From Heptranchias perlo (taxonomy: Eukaryota), in contig NC_090340.1 of NCBI RefSeq assembly GCF_035084215.1, positions 4,712,001-4,776,000 of the forward strand: DNA of 64,000 nt. Direction: 5' to 3'. Within the stretch, counting starts at the first letter, position 1; each line of letters opens with the position of its first letter. Positions 14,161 to 26,124 of this stretch are shown piece after piece. Under the pieces are notes generated by a model. The model saw nothing but the letters and a program-made list of their open reading frames with translations, did not search any database and had not been told where the DNA came from. The translations under genes were made by a program, and so were the position numbers.

Positions 14161-16591
14161 AGAGGTGGCGGTACAGTGATATACAGTCAGGAGGGAGTGG
14201 TCCTGGGAGTCCTCAACATTGACTCTGGACCCCATGAAATCTCATGCCATCAGGTCAAACATGGGCAAGGAAACCTCCTGCTGATTACCACCTACCGTCC
14301 TCCCTCAGCTGATGAATCAGTCCTCCTCCATGTTGAACACCACTTGGAGGAAGCACTGAGGGTAGCAAGGGCACAAAATGTACTCTGGGTGGGGGACTTC
14401 AATGTCCATCACCAAGAGTGGCTCGGTAGCACCACGACTGACCGAGCTGGCCGAGTCCTGAAGGACATAGCTGCTAGACTGGGCCTGCGGCAGGTGGTGA
14501 GCGAACCAACACGAGGGAAAAACTTACTTGACCTCGTGTTCACCAATTTACCTGTCGCAAATGCATCTGTCCATGACAGTATTGGTTGGAGTGACCACCG
14601 CACAGCCCTCGTGGAGATGAAATCCCGTCTTCGCACTGAGGACAACATCGAACGTGTTGTGTGGCACTACCACCGTGCTAAATGGGATAGATTCAGAACA
14701 GATCAAGCAGCTCAAAACTGGGCATCCATGAGGCGCTGTGGGCCATCAGCAGCAGCAGAATTGTATTCCAGCACAATCTGTAACCTCATGGCCCGGCATA
14801 TTCCTCACTCTACCATTACCAACAAGCCAGGGGATCAACCCTGGTTCAATGAGGAGTGTAGAAGAGCATGCCAGGAGCAGCACCAGGCGTACCTAAAAAT
14901 GAGGTGCCAACCTGGTGAAGCTACAACTCAGGACTACATGCATGCTAAACAGCGGAAGCAACATGCTATAGACAGAGCTAAGCTATTCCACAACCAACGG
15001 ATCAGATCAAAGCTCTGCAGTCCTGCCACATCCAGTCGGGAATGGTGGTGGACAATTAAACAACTAACGGGAGGAGGAGGCTCTGCAAACATCCCCATTC
15101 TCAATGATGGCGGAGTCCAGCACGTGAGTGCAAAAGACAAGGCTGAAGCGTTTGCAACCATCTTCAGCCAGAAGTGCCGAGTGGATAATCCATCTCAGCC
15201 TCCTCCCGATATCCCCACCATCACGGAAGCCAGTCTTCGGCCAATTCGATTCGCTCCACGTGATATCAAGAAATGGCTGAGTGCACTGGATACAGCAAAG
15301 GCTATGGGCCCCGACAACACCCCAGCTGTAGTGCTGAAGACTTGTGCTCCAGAACTAGCTGCGCCTCTAGCCAAGCTGTTCCAGTACAGCTACAACACTG
15401 GCATCCACCCGACAATGTTGAAAATTGCCCAGGTATGTACTTTCCACAAAAAGCAGGACAAATCCAATCCGGCCAATTACCGCCCCATCAGTCTACTCTC
15501 AATCATCAGCAAAGTGATGGAAGGTGTCGTCGACAGTGCTATCAAGCGGCACTGACTCACCAATAACCTGCTCACCGATGCTCAGTTTGGGTTCCGCCAG
15601 GAACACTCGGCTCCAGACCTCATTACAGCCTTGGTCCAAAGATGGACAAAAGAGGTGAATTACAGAGGTGAGGTGAGAGTGACTGCCCTTGACATCAAGG
15701 CAGCATTTGACCGAGTGTGGCACCAAGGAGCCCGAGTAAAATTGAAGTAAATGGGAATCAGGGGGAAAAATCTCCAGTGGCTGGAGTCATACCTAGCACA
15801 AAGGAAGATGGTAGTGGTTGTTGGAGGCTAATCATCTCAGCCCCAGGGCATTGCTGCAGGAGTTCCTCAGTGCAGTGTCCTAGGCCCAACCATCTTCAGC
15901 TGCTTCATCAATGACCTTCCCTCCATCATAAGGTCAGAAATGGGGATGTTCGCTGATGACTGCACAGTGTTCAGTTCCATTCGCAACCCCTCAGATAATG
16001 AAGCAGTCCGAGCCTGCATGCAGCAAGACCTGGACAACATCCAGGCTTGGGCTCATAAGTGGCAAGTAACATTCGCGCCAGATAAGTGCCAGGCAATGAC
16101 CATCTCCAACAAGAGAGATTCCAACCACCTCCAATTGACATTCAACGGTATTACCATCGCCGAATCCCCCACCATCAACATCCTGGGGGTCACCATTGAC
16201 CAGAAACTTAACTGGACCAGCCATATAAATACCGTAGCTACGAGAGCAGATCAGAGGCTGGGTATTCTGCGGCGAGTGACTCACCTCCTGACTCCCCAAA
16301 GCCTTTCCACCATCTACAAGGCACAAGTCAGGAGTGTGATGGAATACTCTCCACTTGCCTGGATGAGTGCAGCTCCAACAATACTCAAGAAGCTCGACAC
16401 CATCCAAGATAAAGCAGCCCGCTTGATTGGCACCCCATCCACCACCCTAAACATTCACTCCCTTCACCACCGGCGCACTGTGGCTGCAGTGTGCACCATC
16501 CACAGGATGCACTGCAGCAACTCGCCAAGGCTTCTTCGACAGCTCCTCCCAAACCCGCGACCTCTACCACCTAGATGGACAAGGGCAGCAG
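14161..16591 (+). mobile_element. Young CR1-group LINE family B, ORF2 fragment (EN+RT), few stops
   Basis: YRPPS, WVGDFNVH, SDHR, NYRPISLL, FADD in ORFs 14017 and 15940. Clearly distinct from family A. Confidence 0.92.
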
Positions 16592-16596
16592 GTGCT

Positions 16597-17272
16597 ATTG
16601 TTCCCATGTGCCTGCTTCCCTTGTCCTTCTAGGTGGTAGAGGTCGTGGGTTTGGGAGGTGCTGTCGAAGAAGCCTTGTCGAATTGCTGCAGTGCATCCTG
16701 TGCAATGCTGGTGGAGGGATTGAACGTTTAAGATGGTGGATGGATTTTCATTCAATCGGGCTGCTTTGTTCTGGATGGTGTCGAGCTTCTTGAGTGTTGT
16801 TAAAGCTGCATTCCTCCAGGCAAGTGGAAAGTATCATATCACACTCCTGACTTCTGCCTTGTAGATGGCGGAAAGGCTTTGGGGCGTCAGGAGATGAGTC
16901 ACTCGCTGCAGGATACCCAATCTCCTACCTGCTCTTGTCGCCATAGTATTTATATGGTTGGTCCAGTTAAGTTTCTGGTCAATGGTGTCACCCAGGATTT
17001 GATTGTTGGGGTTTTGTCGATGGTAATGCCGTTGAATGTCAATAGGAGGAGGTTAGATTCTCTCTTCTTGGAAATGTTCATTGTCCGGCATTTACGTGGC
17101 TCGAATGTTACTTGCCTCTTAACAGCCCAAGCCTGGATGTTGTCCAGGTCTTGCTGCGTGTGGGCACGGGCTGCTTCATTGTCTGAGGAATTGCGAATGA
17201 AGCTGAAAACTGTGGAATCATCAGAAAACATACCCACTTCTGAACTTATGATGTGCGGGGAAGGTCATTGAT
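16597..17272 (-). mobile_element. Family B LINE RT fragment, inverted against the 14161-16591 copy
   Basis: ORF 16950..17237- reads MGMFSDDSTVFSFIRN. Confidence 0.88.
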
Positions 17273-17273
17273 G

Positions 17274-17322
17274 AAGTAAAGAAGTAATGAAGAAGTAATA
17301 AAGAAGTAATGAATTAATGAAG
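17274..17322 (+). repeat. GAAGTAA-based simple repeat
   Basis: Visible tandem gaagtaa units at the edge of the family B block. Confidence 0.8.
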
Positions 17323-18734
17323 CAAAGTTCTTTGATGGAGTAAACGATGAGAAACTGTTTCCAGTAGCAGAATGGTCGGTAGCCAGAGGACACAGATTTA
17401 AGGTGACGGAAAAAGAACCAGAGGCGACATGCGGAAATATTTGTTACGCAAGGTGTTGATATGCTCTGGAATATACTGCCTCAAAGGGTGGTGGAAGCAT
17501 TTTATTAATAACTTTCCAAATGGAATTAGATAAATACTTGAAGGGAAACAAATACAGGGCTATGAGGAAAGAGCAGGGCAGTGGGACTATCAAAGAGCCA
17601 GCACAGGCACGATGGGACGAATGGCCTCCTTCTGTGCTGTAATATAACATGACACTATGATACAGTGACACTGGCCTATGCAGACTATACCTGTATGAAC
17701 TGGATGTGAATCAGTGTCATGACAGGTATGAATCTTTTCCAAAGTTCTTTACCAGAGAACGAGGATAATGTAGATTATTATGAATAACGCAACCATGTGC
17801 AATTGTTTTATAACCTCTACAATATTCGTGCTTTTTGCATGATGCGAGCTGCCCTGTGTGAACCCTTCCACAACACTGAATGGAGATTATTATATTGCGA
17901 ATGAGGAAACTCAGTGAATTCCAATGAGAGCTGTTGGAAGGTACTTTCTACAGGTTTGGTCTGAGAATGCCAACTCCTATATCCGAATTGTCTTGTTAAG
18001 CTGCTACTGGATTCTACTTTGTCGTATGCTGTTATTTGTAGGGAAGCAGTGCAAAGAACGAAAATAATGTTAATACAAGGTTCAGACCAGCAATGTGAAG
18101 CAGACAAGGCCGATCCCATTAATTTGCAGCTCATGAAGTCGACTGCCTTAGTCAGAACTTTTCAAGGAGAATGCACACTTGTACTTAATGCATCCGCCAA
18201 ACGATCGTTTGTCTACGGCAGATGCCATTGGAGACGCCCTATGTTCCATGGTGGAATGCAGATCGTCCAACTAGTCAAAGACGACTGCACAGACGTTGCT
18301 TGTGAATGGATTCCAACCAGTTGTCCAGTCTGCGTTTTCCTGGTCCTCTGTTGCAAATTTCACTCGAAGCAGATACGCTGCTTCCTGAAAAATCTCAATG
18401 TCTAACTCCTACCAGACTGGTATTATTTTGCTGGGTTCCCGATTGGAAAAGTGCTTGATTATGTGGATGTGGATGCTCATCACGGTTGGCTTTGATTCTT
18501 GCCTCTTAAAGGAAATCGATGGAAACACCAAAATAAACATCTGTTACAATACGTGTTGTACGGAATTCCTCTTGCTCCATGAGAAAATTTTCCCGTGTTT
18601 TAGAACGAAGACGTGAATGTTTCAGTGTGCCAGGAAAGGAAAAGAATCAGTATTAATTCGTGCTGGTCTGTAACATGTCAAGACCCTTCTGTAATGCCCA
18701 GCATAATTTTGTCCATAGGTTTTGCATCACGAAT

Positions 18735-19160
18735 TCTAAGAGAAGTCTGCGGCTCTTTTCCATCGAAAAGAGAAGTCTGAAGAGTGACCTGATTGAAGTC
18801 TTTAAGATTATGGAAGGGTTTTGTAGAGTAGACGTAGAGAAGAAGTTTCCTCCTGTGGGGGAGACCAGAACTAGTGGCCAAAAATATATTGTAGCCACTC
18901 ATAAGCCCAATCGGGAATTCAGGAGAAAGTTATTTTCATCGAGAGTGGTTAGAATGTTGAACTCGCTGCCACAGGGAGTAGTTGAGGCCACTAGCATAGA
19001 TGTATTTAAGGGGCAGCTAGATAAACACGTGAGGGAGAAAGGAATAGATGGACATGCTGATAGGGTTAGATGAGGTAGCGAGGGAGGAGACTCGTGTGGA
19101 GCATAAACCTATTTGGCCGAATGGCCTGTTTCTAGCTGCACATTCTATATAATTCTATGT
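18735..19160 (+). mobile_element. Family A CR1 3' end
   Basis: LFSIEKRSLKSDLIEVFKIM; ttctat tail. Confidence 0.8.
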
Positions 19161-19499
19161 AAGAACTCCAGCCATCTTATGGATTTAAAATTGGGTAATA
19201 TCCATCGATTCAGTGACACTGACACACGCTATGTCTGATTCTGTAAAAATGCATAATAATTAGATTGTTTGCAGTGTGAAGAACATAGGCATTTTCCTGC
19301 AATTGGCCACCCTGGATCTGAAATAGGAGAATGGGCCTTTGACTGGCAGATTCCATTTATTGTAGCTGAGCGTAATGGGTTATGCCAATGCCATGCTTGT
19401 ATGCATGATGCAGGGTTGCGATCGTACAGCATTTAGGCAGGAGAAAAGTCCACGTGTCATACTAAATGAATCTCTGAAGGTTCACGACCAGTGCCACTA

Positions 19500-20300
19500 G
19501 ACTATTGTAAAAGCAAATAAAGCATTGGGATTTATTGCCAAGGTGAGTAAATACAAAACAAAACCAACTATACCGTTTAAGAACATGGTTAGGCCAAATT
19601 TGGAATGCTATCTTGAGTTTTGATCCCGTCAAATGGTGAGTGATATCGAGGCCCAACTAAAGGTACCGAACAGGGGCATTAGATTGATACTTAATTGGCC
19701 CGTAGTTGGAATGATAGGGTTAAACGGATGCGCCTTTTTAGACGAGATAATTCTAGACTTTGGGAACATTAAAATAATAAAAAGGATCAGATTTGATCCA
19801 TTTGGATAGGCTATTGCAGATAGACAGCTTCACAAGGGCGACGGGATATATTTATGAATTACATAAGGATATAAACGTGTTAGATGTCAGGCGGCATTTC
19901 CTTTCACAGAAGATCGTCTACCTTTGGAAGGAGTTGGCAGCTGGTGCAGTCCCCCGTGTACATTCACGGCAGACATTCGAAAGGAGGCTGCACGAATTCC
20001 TGCCTGCGGCTGGCTTCACTAACTATCGTAAGATGGTGGGAGACTGGGGCACGTTTCTCTCAGTCATTGAGATCTGTGGGAAGTGGTTTGATCGTGTTTG
20101 TTTTTCTGCTTTGGCCTAGGTGTTTTTCTGTCACTGTTTCCTCATTGAGCAGTTTGTCTGGCTGGTTGTCAGAGGTGATGGCCGGAGGGAAAGCGGCTTG
20201 TGGTGTCATGGCGTGCATAAGATGTTCTATAACAACATGGGACTGGTTTGGCAGAGCTGTTGGTCCATTCCTAGCCTTCGTTGTTAGTATGTTCGAGTTC
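19500..20300 (+). mobile_element. Old CR1/L2-type 3' fragment
   Basis: TRATGYIYEL...RRHFLSQKIVYLWKEL resembles the CR1 ORF2 C-terminus. Confidence 0.55.
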
Positions 20301-21599
20301 TAATACGGATGAGCAACAAAGTATCGCAATTCCTTATGAACTGCTACTGCGCAATATATTCTTCAATTGCGTAAGCAACTATGCTCCGATCTCGAGGACC
20401 AGTATTAATCCAGGCACAAATAGAACGGAGGCATTGCTATATTATTTATTTCAGTGGGGGTTCCCGATCTCCCACCTCAACTTTGGCGGAAATCAAGAAA
20501 AAACGATGGAAAGATCCAAAGCGCAGATTAATGGTGTTTGTGAATACCTCAGGGTGGACGGCAGAGCCTTATACTGACAGTAAACACGATCATTATTCAA
20601 CAAAAATACGTCCTCTGCGTTACCTGATTGCAATTATACACATGCTGCAAGCCAACGTGCACTTAGGCAAAAAAAGAAAATTAAAAGTCGACAGTAGAAT
20701 GACTATCTAAACTTTTGTTGTCCAAATCAAGGAATTAGAATGTAGAAATTACGGGTCAACCGACGTCTTCCTTTGTTATTAGTGGTTGCACCTTAACGTA
20801 AGGGGACCATGGGCCAAAATATACTGCAGACGATGAACTAACGATGCTTGGCCATGAGGCTTTGCACTGGAAGTTGCTGTAAGTGGGAGATGGAACAGGC
20901 ACGGGGCATCTGGGATAAGAGCGAACAGGGCAAGCAATTGTGATTCTCCTTTGCCAAACAGATTGAAGGATTGTGAAATGAACAGCGTAGATGCTCAACC
21001 AGGAAGTCTAAGGAAGAATAATGAATTCAATGTCAAATTAGGTACGCAAAGCGAAGGAAATAACGATTGGGTTACGAGAGAGAGAAAAGCGATAGAAATA
21101 AAAATTAACACTTTTAAAAATTGATGTTTCTTTTTTTAAATTTCCAAGAATAATTAAAACATGAAGGAATAAGATTCCATGCTTGTAGTCGAAATCTCCT
21201 GCTATCTCAAAGGATAAAACTAATTTATATGGCGGCCGTTAAAAAGCCGTTTTAGCGACCACAACACCCATGGGAATAACTCTCCTCCTTTTAAATTATA
21301 AACTGTAATCCACCTGGATCCTATCCAATGAAGTCTCTTGCTTTTGTGCTTATCAAACGGAGGAACGCTGATACTCTGAAAAAAATTCTTGTTATCCAAC
21401 GTCAGCATCTAGTACCCTGAGGTCAGGTGTAGCGCAAGTACTGCTGCAACATCTGAAAGGCGCCGCAACTGTTCCAGATTAACATTCGTATATTATTATG
21501 ATGATTTATCAAACTAACAGATTGTAAGCAAATCAGAAATGTGAAGCCTTCAAAGAGGACAGTGTTCGAGTACAGACTAGACACATTCCAACGAGGCCG

Positions 21600-24500
21600 A
21601 AAGGAAGGTCATCCAAAGCTGGAGCTTTTTGGATAAATAAAGATATAGAGATTAAAATGAAACAGAAAAAGGAGACTTATGATAAATGTCAGATTCATAA
21701 TACAGTAGGGAATCAAGCAAAATACCCAAAGTAGAGAGGAGTTAAGAAAAATGAAATAAGTGGAGCAAAGGGAGTGCATGAGAAAAGATTAGTGGGTAAC
21801 AAAAAAGGGTGCACTGAAGTTATTCATATGTACATAAAGAATAAAACAACAGTCAAAGGAAGCGTGAGGCTGATTGGAGAATAAAGAGGAAATTGTTTAG
21901 AAGTGACAGACGGGCACGTCTGAGGTACTAAATAAGATCTTTACGTCTGTCTTCACAAAACAAGAGGGTGCTGCCAATGTCACCGTAAAGAAGGAAGTAG
22001 TAAAGAGATTTAATATGATAAAATGGATAAAGAGGAGGTAATTAAAAGGTTGGCAGCGCTAAAAACAGAAAAGTAACCAGGTCCGGATGGACTGCAATCG
22101 AGGTTCCTGAGGCCAGTATGGGTAGAAATAGGGGAGGCACCAGTCACAATCTTTCTATCCTCTGTGGATATGGTAGTGGTGCCACAGGACTGGAGGGTTG
22201 CAAATGTTACACACCTCTTCAAAATAGAGAGAGAGATAAATCCGACAATTATAGGTCAGTCAGCCTGTTGTCGGTAGTGTGGGAAGCTTTAGCGATAATA
22301 AACCTGGACAAAATTAATTGTCACTTGGAAAAACATGGGATAATAAATGACAGCCAACACAGATTTGTTAAAGGCAAACTTGGTTGAGTTCTATACTGAA
22401 GTAGCAGAGAGGGTTGATGAGGGTTTAGCGGTTGATGTTTGGACGTAAATGTCGGGGGCGTAATTAAGAAGTTTGCAGATGACACAAAAATATCCGTTTG
22501 ATTGATAGTGAGGTGGAAAGCTGTGGACTGCAGGAAGATATCAATTAACTGGTCAAGCGGGCAGAAAAGTGGCCAATGGAATTCAATACGGAGAAGTGTG
22601 AAGTAATACATTTGGGGAGAGCAAACAAGGCAAAGGAGCAAATAATACATGGGAGGATACTGAAAAGTGTAGAGGAAATGAGAGACCTTGGAGTGCATGT
22701 CCACAGATCCTTGAAGGTAGCAGGACAGGTAGATAAGGTGGTTATGAAGGCATATGGAATACTTTGCTACATGGAAAAAAAACAGCTGAATTCCAGAGGT
22801 GAGGTGAGAGTGAATGCCCTTGACATTAAGGCAGCACTTGACCAATGTGGCACCAAGGAACCCTAGTAAAGTTGAAGTCAATGAGAACCAGGGGGAAAAC
22901 TCTCCAGTGGCTGGAGTCATATCTAGCAAAAAGGAGGATGGTAGTTGTTGTTGGAGGCCAATCATCTCAGCCTCAGGACATTGATGCAGGAGTTCCTCAG
23001 GGCAGTGTCCTAGGCCCAACCATCTTCAGCTGCTTCATCAATGAGGTCAGAAATGGAGATGTTCGCTGATGATTCCACAGTGTTCAGTTCCATTCGCAAC
23101 CACTCAGACAATGAAGCAGTCCGTGTCTGCATGCAACAAGAACTGGATAAAATCCAGGCTTGGGCTGATAAGTGGCAAGTAACATTCTCGCCAGACAAGT
23201 GCCAGGTAATGACCATCTCTAACAAGGGAGAGTCTAACCACCTCCCCATGACATTCAACAGCATTACCATTGCCGAATACCTCACCTTCAACATTCTAGG
23301 TTTCACCATTGACGAGAAACATAACTGGGCCAGCCATATAATAACTGTGGCTACAAGAGCAGATCAGAGGCTGTGTATTCTACGACGAATGACTCACCTC
23401 CTGATTCCCCAAAGCCTTTCCACCATCTACAAGACACAAGTCAGGAGTGTGAAGGTATACTCTCCACTTGCCTGAATGAGTGCATCTCCAACAAAACTGA
23501 AGAGGCTCGACACCATCCAGGACAAAACAATCACTAACTTCACCACCGGCGCACCGTGGCTGCAGTGTGTGCCATCTACAGGGTGCACTGCAGCAACCCG
23601 CAAAGCCTTCTTCGACAGCAACTTCCAAACACGCGACCTCTACCTCCTAGGACATGGGCAGCAGGCACAAGGTAACACCACCTTCAAGTCACGCACCATT
23701 CCGACTTGGAAATATATCGCCGTTTCTTCATCGTCGCTGGGTCAAATTCATGGGACTCCCTACCTAACAGCACCGTGGGAGAATCTTCAGCACAGGGACT
23801 GCAGCAGTTCAAGTAGGCTGATCACCAGCACCTTCTCAAGAGCAATTAAGGATTGACAATAAATCCTGGCCTTGCCATCGACGCCCACATCCCATGAATG
23901 AATAAAAACAATATTAGACGAGGCATACAATATACGGGCAGGGAGGTTTTGCTGGAACTATGCAAAACATCGGTTAGGCCACAGCTTTAAGTACTGTTTA
24001 CAGTTCAGGTCACCACATTACAGCAACGATGTAATTGCACTAGAGGGGGTACAGAGGAGATTTACGAGGATGTTGCCAGGACTGGAGAATTTTATCTATG
24101 AGGAAAGATTGGATAGGCTAGGTTTGTTCTTTTTGGAACAGCGGAGGCTGAGGGGTGATTTAATTGAGGTGTACAACATTATGAGGGTCTGAGATAGAGC
24201 GGATCGGAAGGACCTCTTTCACTTAGCAATGACGTCAATAACCTGGGGACATAGATTTAAAGTGATTGTTAGAAGGCTTAGAGGGGAGCTGATGAAAAAA
24301 CTTTCACCCAGAGGGTGGTAGTTGTCTGTAACTCACTGCCTGAAAGGCTGGTAGAGGTAGAAACCCTCAACTCATTTAAAAAGTACCTGGATGTGCATCT
24401 GAAGTGCAGTGACCTACAAGGCTACGGGCCAAGGACTGGAAAGTGGGGTTTGACTGGGTGGCTCGTTTTCGGCCTGCACGGACATGATGGACCGAATGTC

Positions 24501-25560
24501 CTCCTTCTGTGCTATAAATGTTCTATGATTCTATGATTCAATTGTGTTTTCAGACTTTCAAAAGGCGTTAGATAAAGTGCCATATATTTGAGCTGTTCGC
24601 AAAATTGAAGCCCATGGGATTAATGCGCAAGTGGCAGCTTGGCTTTGAAATTCGCTGATGGGCAGAAAGCAAATAGTGGTTTACGGTTGTTTTTACGACA
24701 GGAGGAACTTATACCGCGATGTCTCACAGGGGCGGTATTTGGACCACTGCTATCTTTGATATATATATTGAGGACTTGAACTTTAGTATACAGGAGATAA
24801 TTTCAAAGTTTGCAGATGTCATGAAACTCGGCAATGCAGCAAACAGTGAGGAGGACAGTAGCAGACTGAAGGAGGACAGAGACAGACTGGAGAAATGGCA
24901 GATGAAATTTAATGCAGAGCAGTGTGAAGCGATGCATGTGGGAAATAAGAACGAGGATGGGCAATATGAACTACAATTTTATAGAGAGTGCGGAAACAGA
25001 GAGCCCTAGGGGATAACGTGCACAAATCTTTCAAGTTGATGAAGTTGCAGAAAGGAATAACGGATCCTGCGCTTTATAAACAGGTATAGCGTACAAAAGG
25101 AAATAAGTTGTGCTAAACCTTGATAAAACACTGTTAGGCCTCAGCTGGAGTTTTGTATCCAATTCTGGTCACCACACTTTAGGAAGGATGTCAAGTCATT
25201 GGAGAGGGAGCAGAGGAGATTTACAAGAATGGTACCAGGGATGAGGGACTTCAGTTATGTCGAGAAACGAGAGAAGATGGGATTGTTCTCCTCAGAGCAG
25301 AGAAGGTTAAGGGGATACTTATTCGAAGTGTTCAAAATTATGAGGGATTTTGGTAGTGCACATTGGGAGAAACTGTTTTCTCTGACAGCACTATCAGCAA
25401 CCAAGGGGCTCAGATTTCAAATAATTGGCAAAAACGCCAAGGGGAGATGAGGAGATTTTTTTTTTACGCACCGAATTGTTATGAAATGGAATGCAGTGCC
25501 TAAAAGCGTGACGGAAGTAGATTAAAATAGCAACTTTCAAATGGGAATTGGATGCATAAT
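21600..25560 (+). mobile_element. Tandem family A CR1 fragments (hosting the 22772-23910 insert)
   Basis: NYRSVSL, SQHRFVKGK, KKFADDTK, WQMKFN, QRRFTRM; tail ttctatga at about 24521-24538. Confidence 0.8.
22772..23910 (+). mobile_element. Family B LINE 3' portion nested in a family A CR1
   Basis: MFADDSTVFSS ORF, tail catgaatgaataaaaa. The host CR1 sequence resumes after 23910. Confidence 0.85.
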
Positions 25561-25575
25561 TAATCTCATCAGAAC

Positions 25576-25706
25576 GAGTGTGACGAAGGGCCAGTGACCT
25601 GAAACGTTAAATCTTCTTTTCTCCACAGATGCTACCTGACTTGTTGAGTATTTCTAACATTTTCTGTTTTATTTCAGATTTCGAGCAGCCGCAGTATTTT
25701 ACTTTT
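25576..25706 (+). mobile_element. Penelope-type terminal fragment with degenerate hammerhead core
   Basis: gTGACGAagggccagtgacctGAAAcgttaa followed by ctccacagatgct...tttcagatt. Confidence 0.5.
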
Positions 25707-26124
25707 CACCAAGCACCCTAATAGCGTGCAGGCAGAAGAGACTGCAATCTCACCAAAGTGATCGGAACCCAAGCCACAGAGGCGAATGAACCGTGACTAA
25801 ATCACTGCATCACTCCGGCTCCTCGATGTTACTGGTTATTGGATTGATCGTTTATCGTGATGTTACTGTGGAGTTTCCAATGCACAGTGCGCTGTGAATA
25901 TCATGTTTTATTACGTGTATTAAAAACACCAAGACGTTCTAAATATCGATTGAACCTGGTTATCGATTCTGCACACAGGGCTACAATTGATTCAGCTATT
26001 CTTGGTGGTAAGGAACTGAGACTTTCGAGTATGCATCTCGCAGGCCATTAACGCTATCTATTTCTTACCGGCTGACAATCCGGATCCTGATTGAGCCATA
26101 CAGGCTCAGAAAAGGGAGTTTTCT

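Larger units (their letters stand above)
13460..17650 (+). mobile_element. Family A CR1 3' fragment split by the 13813-17330 family B block
   Basis: ...DLFKIVNG stops at about 13812 and resumes tttgatggagtaaacgatgagaaactgtttcc at about 17331. Confidence 0.7.

Noticed and set aside
13815-16591. Single twin-priming inversion event
   Set aside because: The overlapping segments (about 14045-14160 versus 16485-16591) are too diverged to come from one insertion.
17817-18600. ORFs 17817-, 18019+ and 18398+ as host exons
   Set aside because: No coherent splice or domain pattern; HRAARIM on the minus strand suggests an ancient LINE RT relic.
22321-23019. 232-aa minus-strand ORF
   Set aside because: Antisense frame across a CR1 A/B junction.
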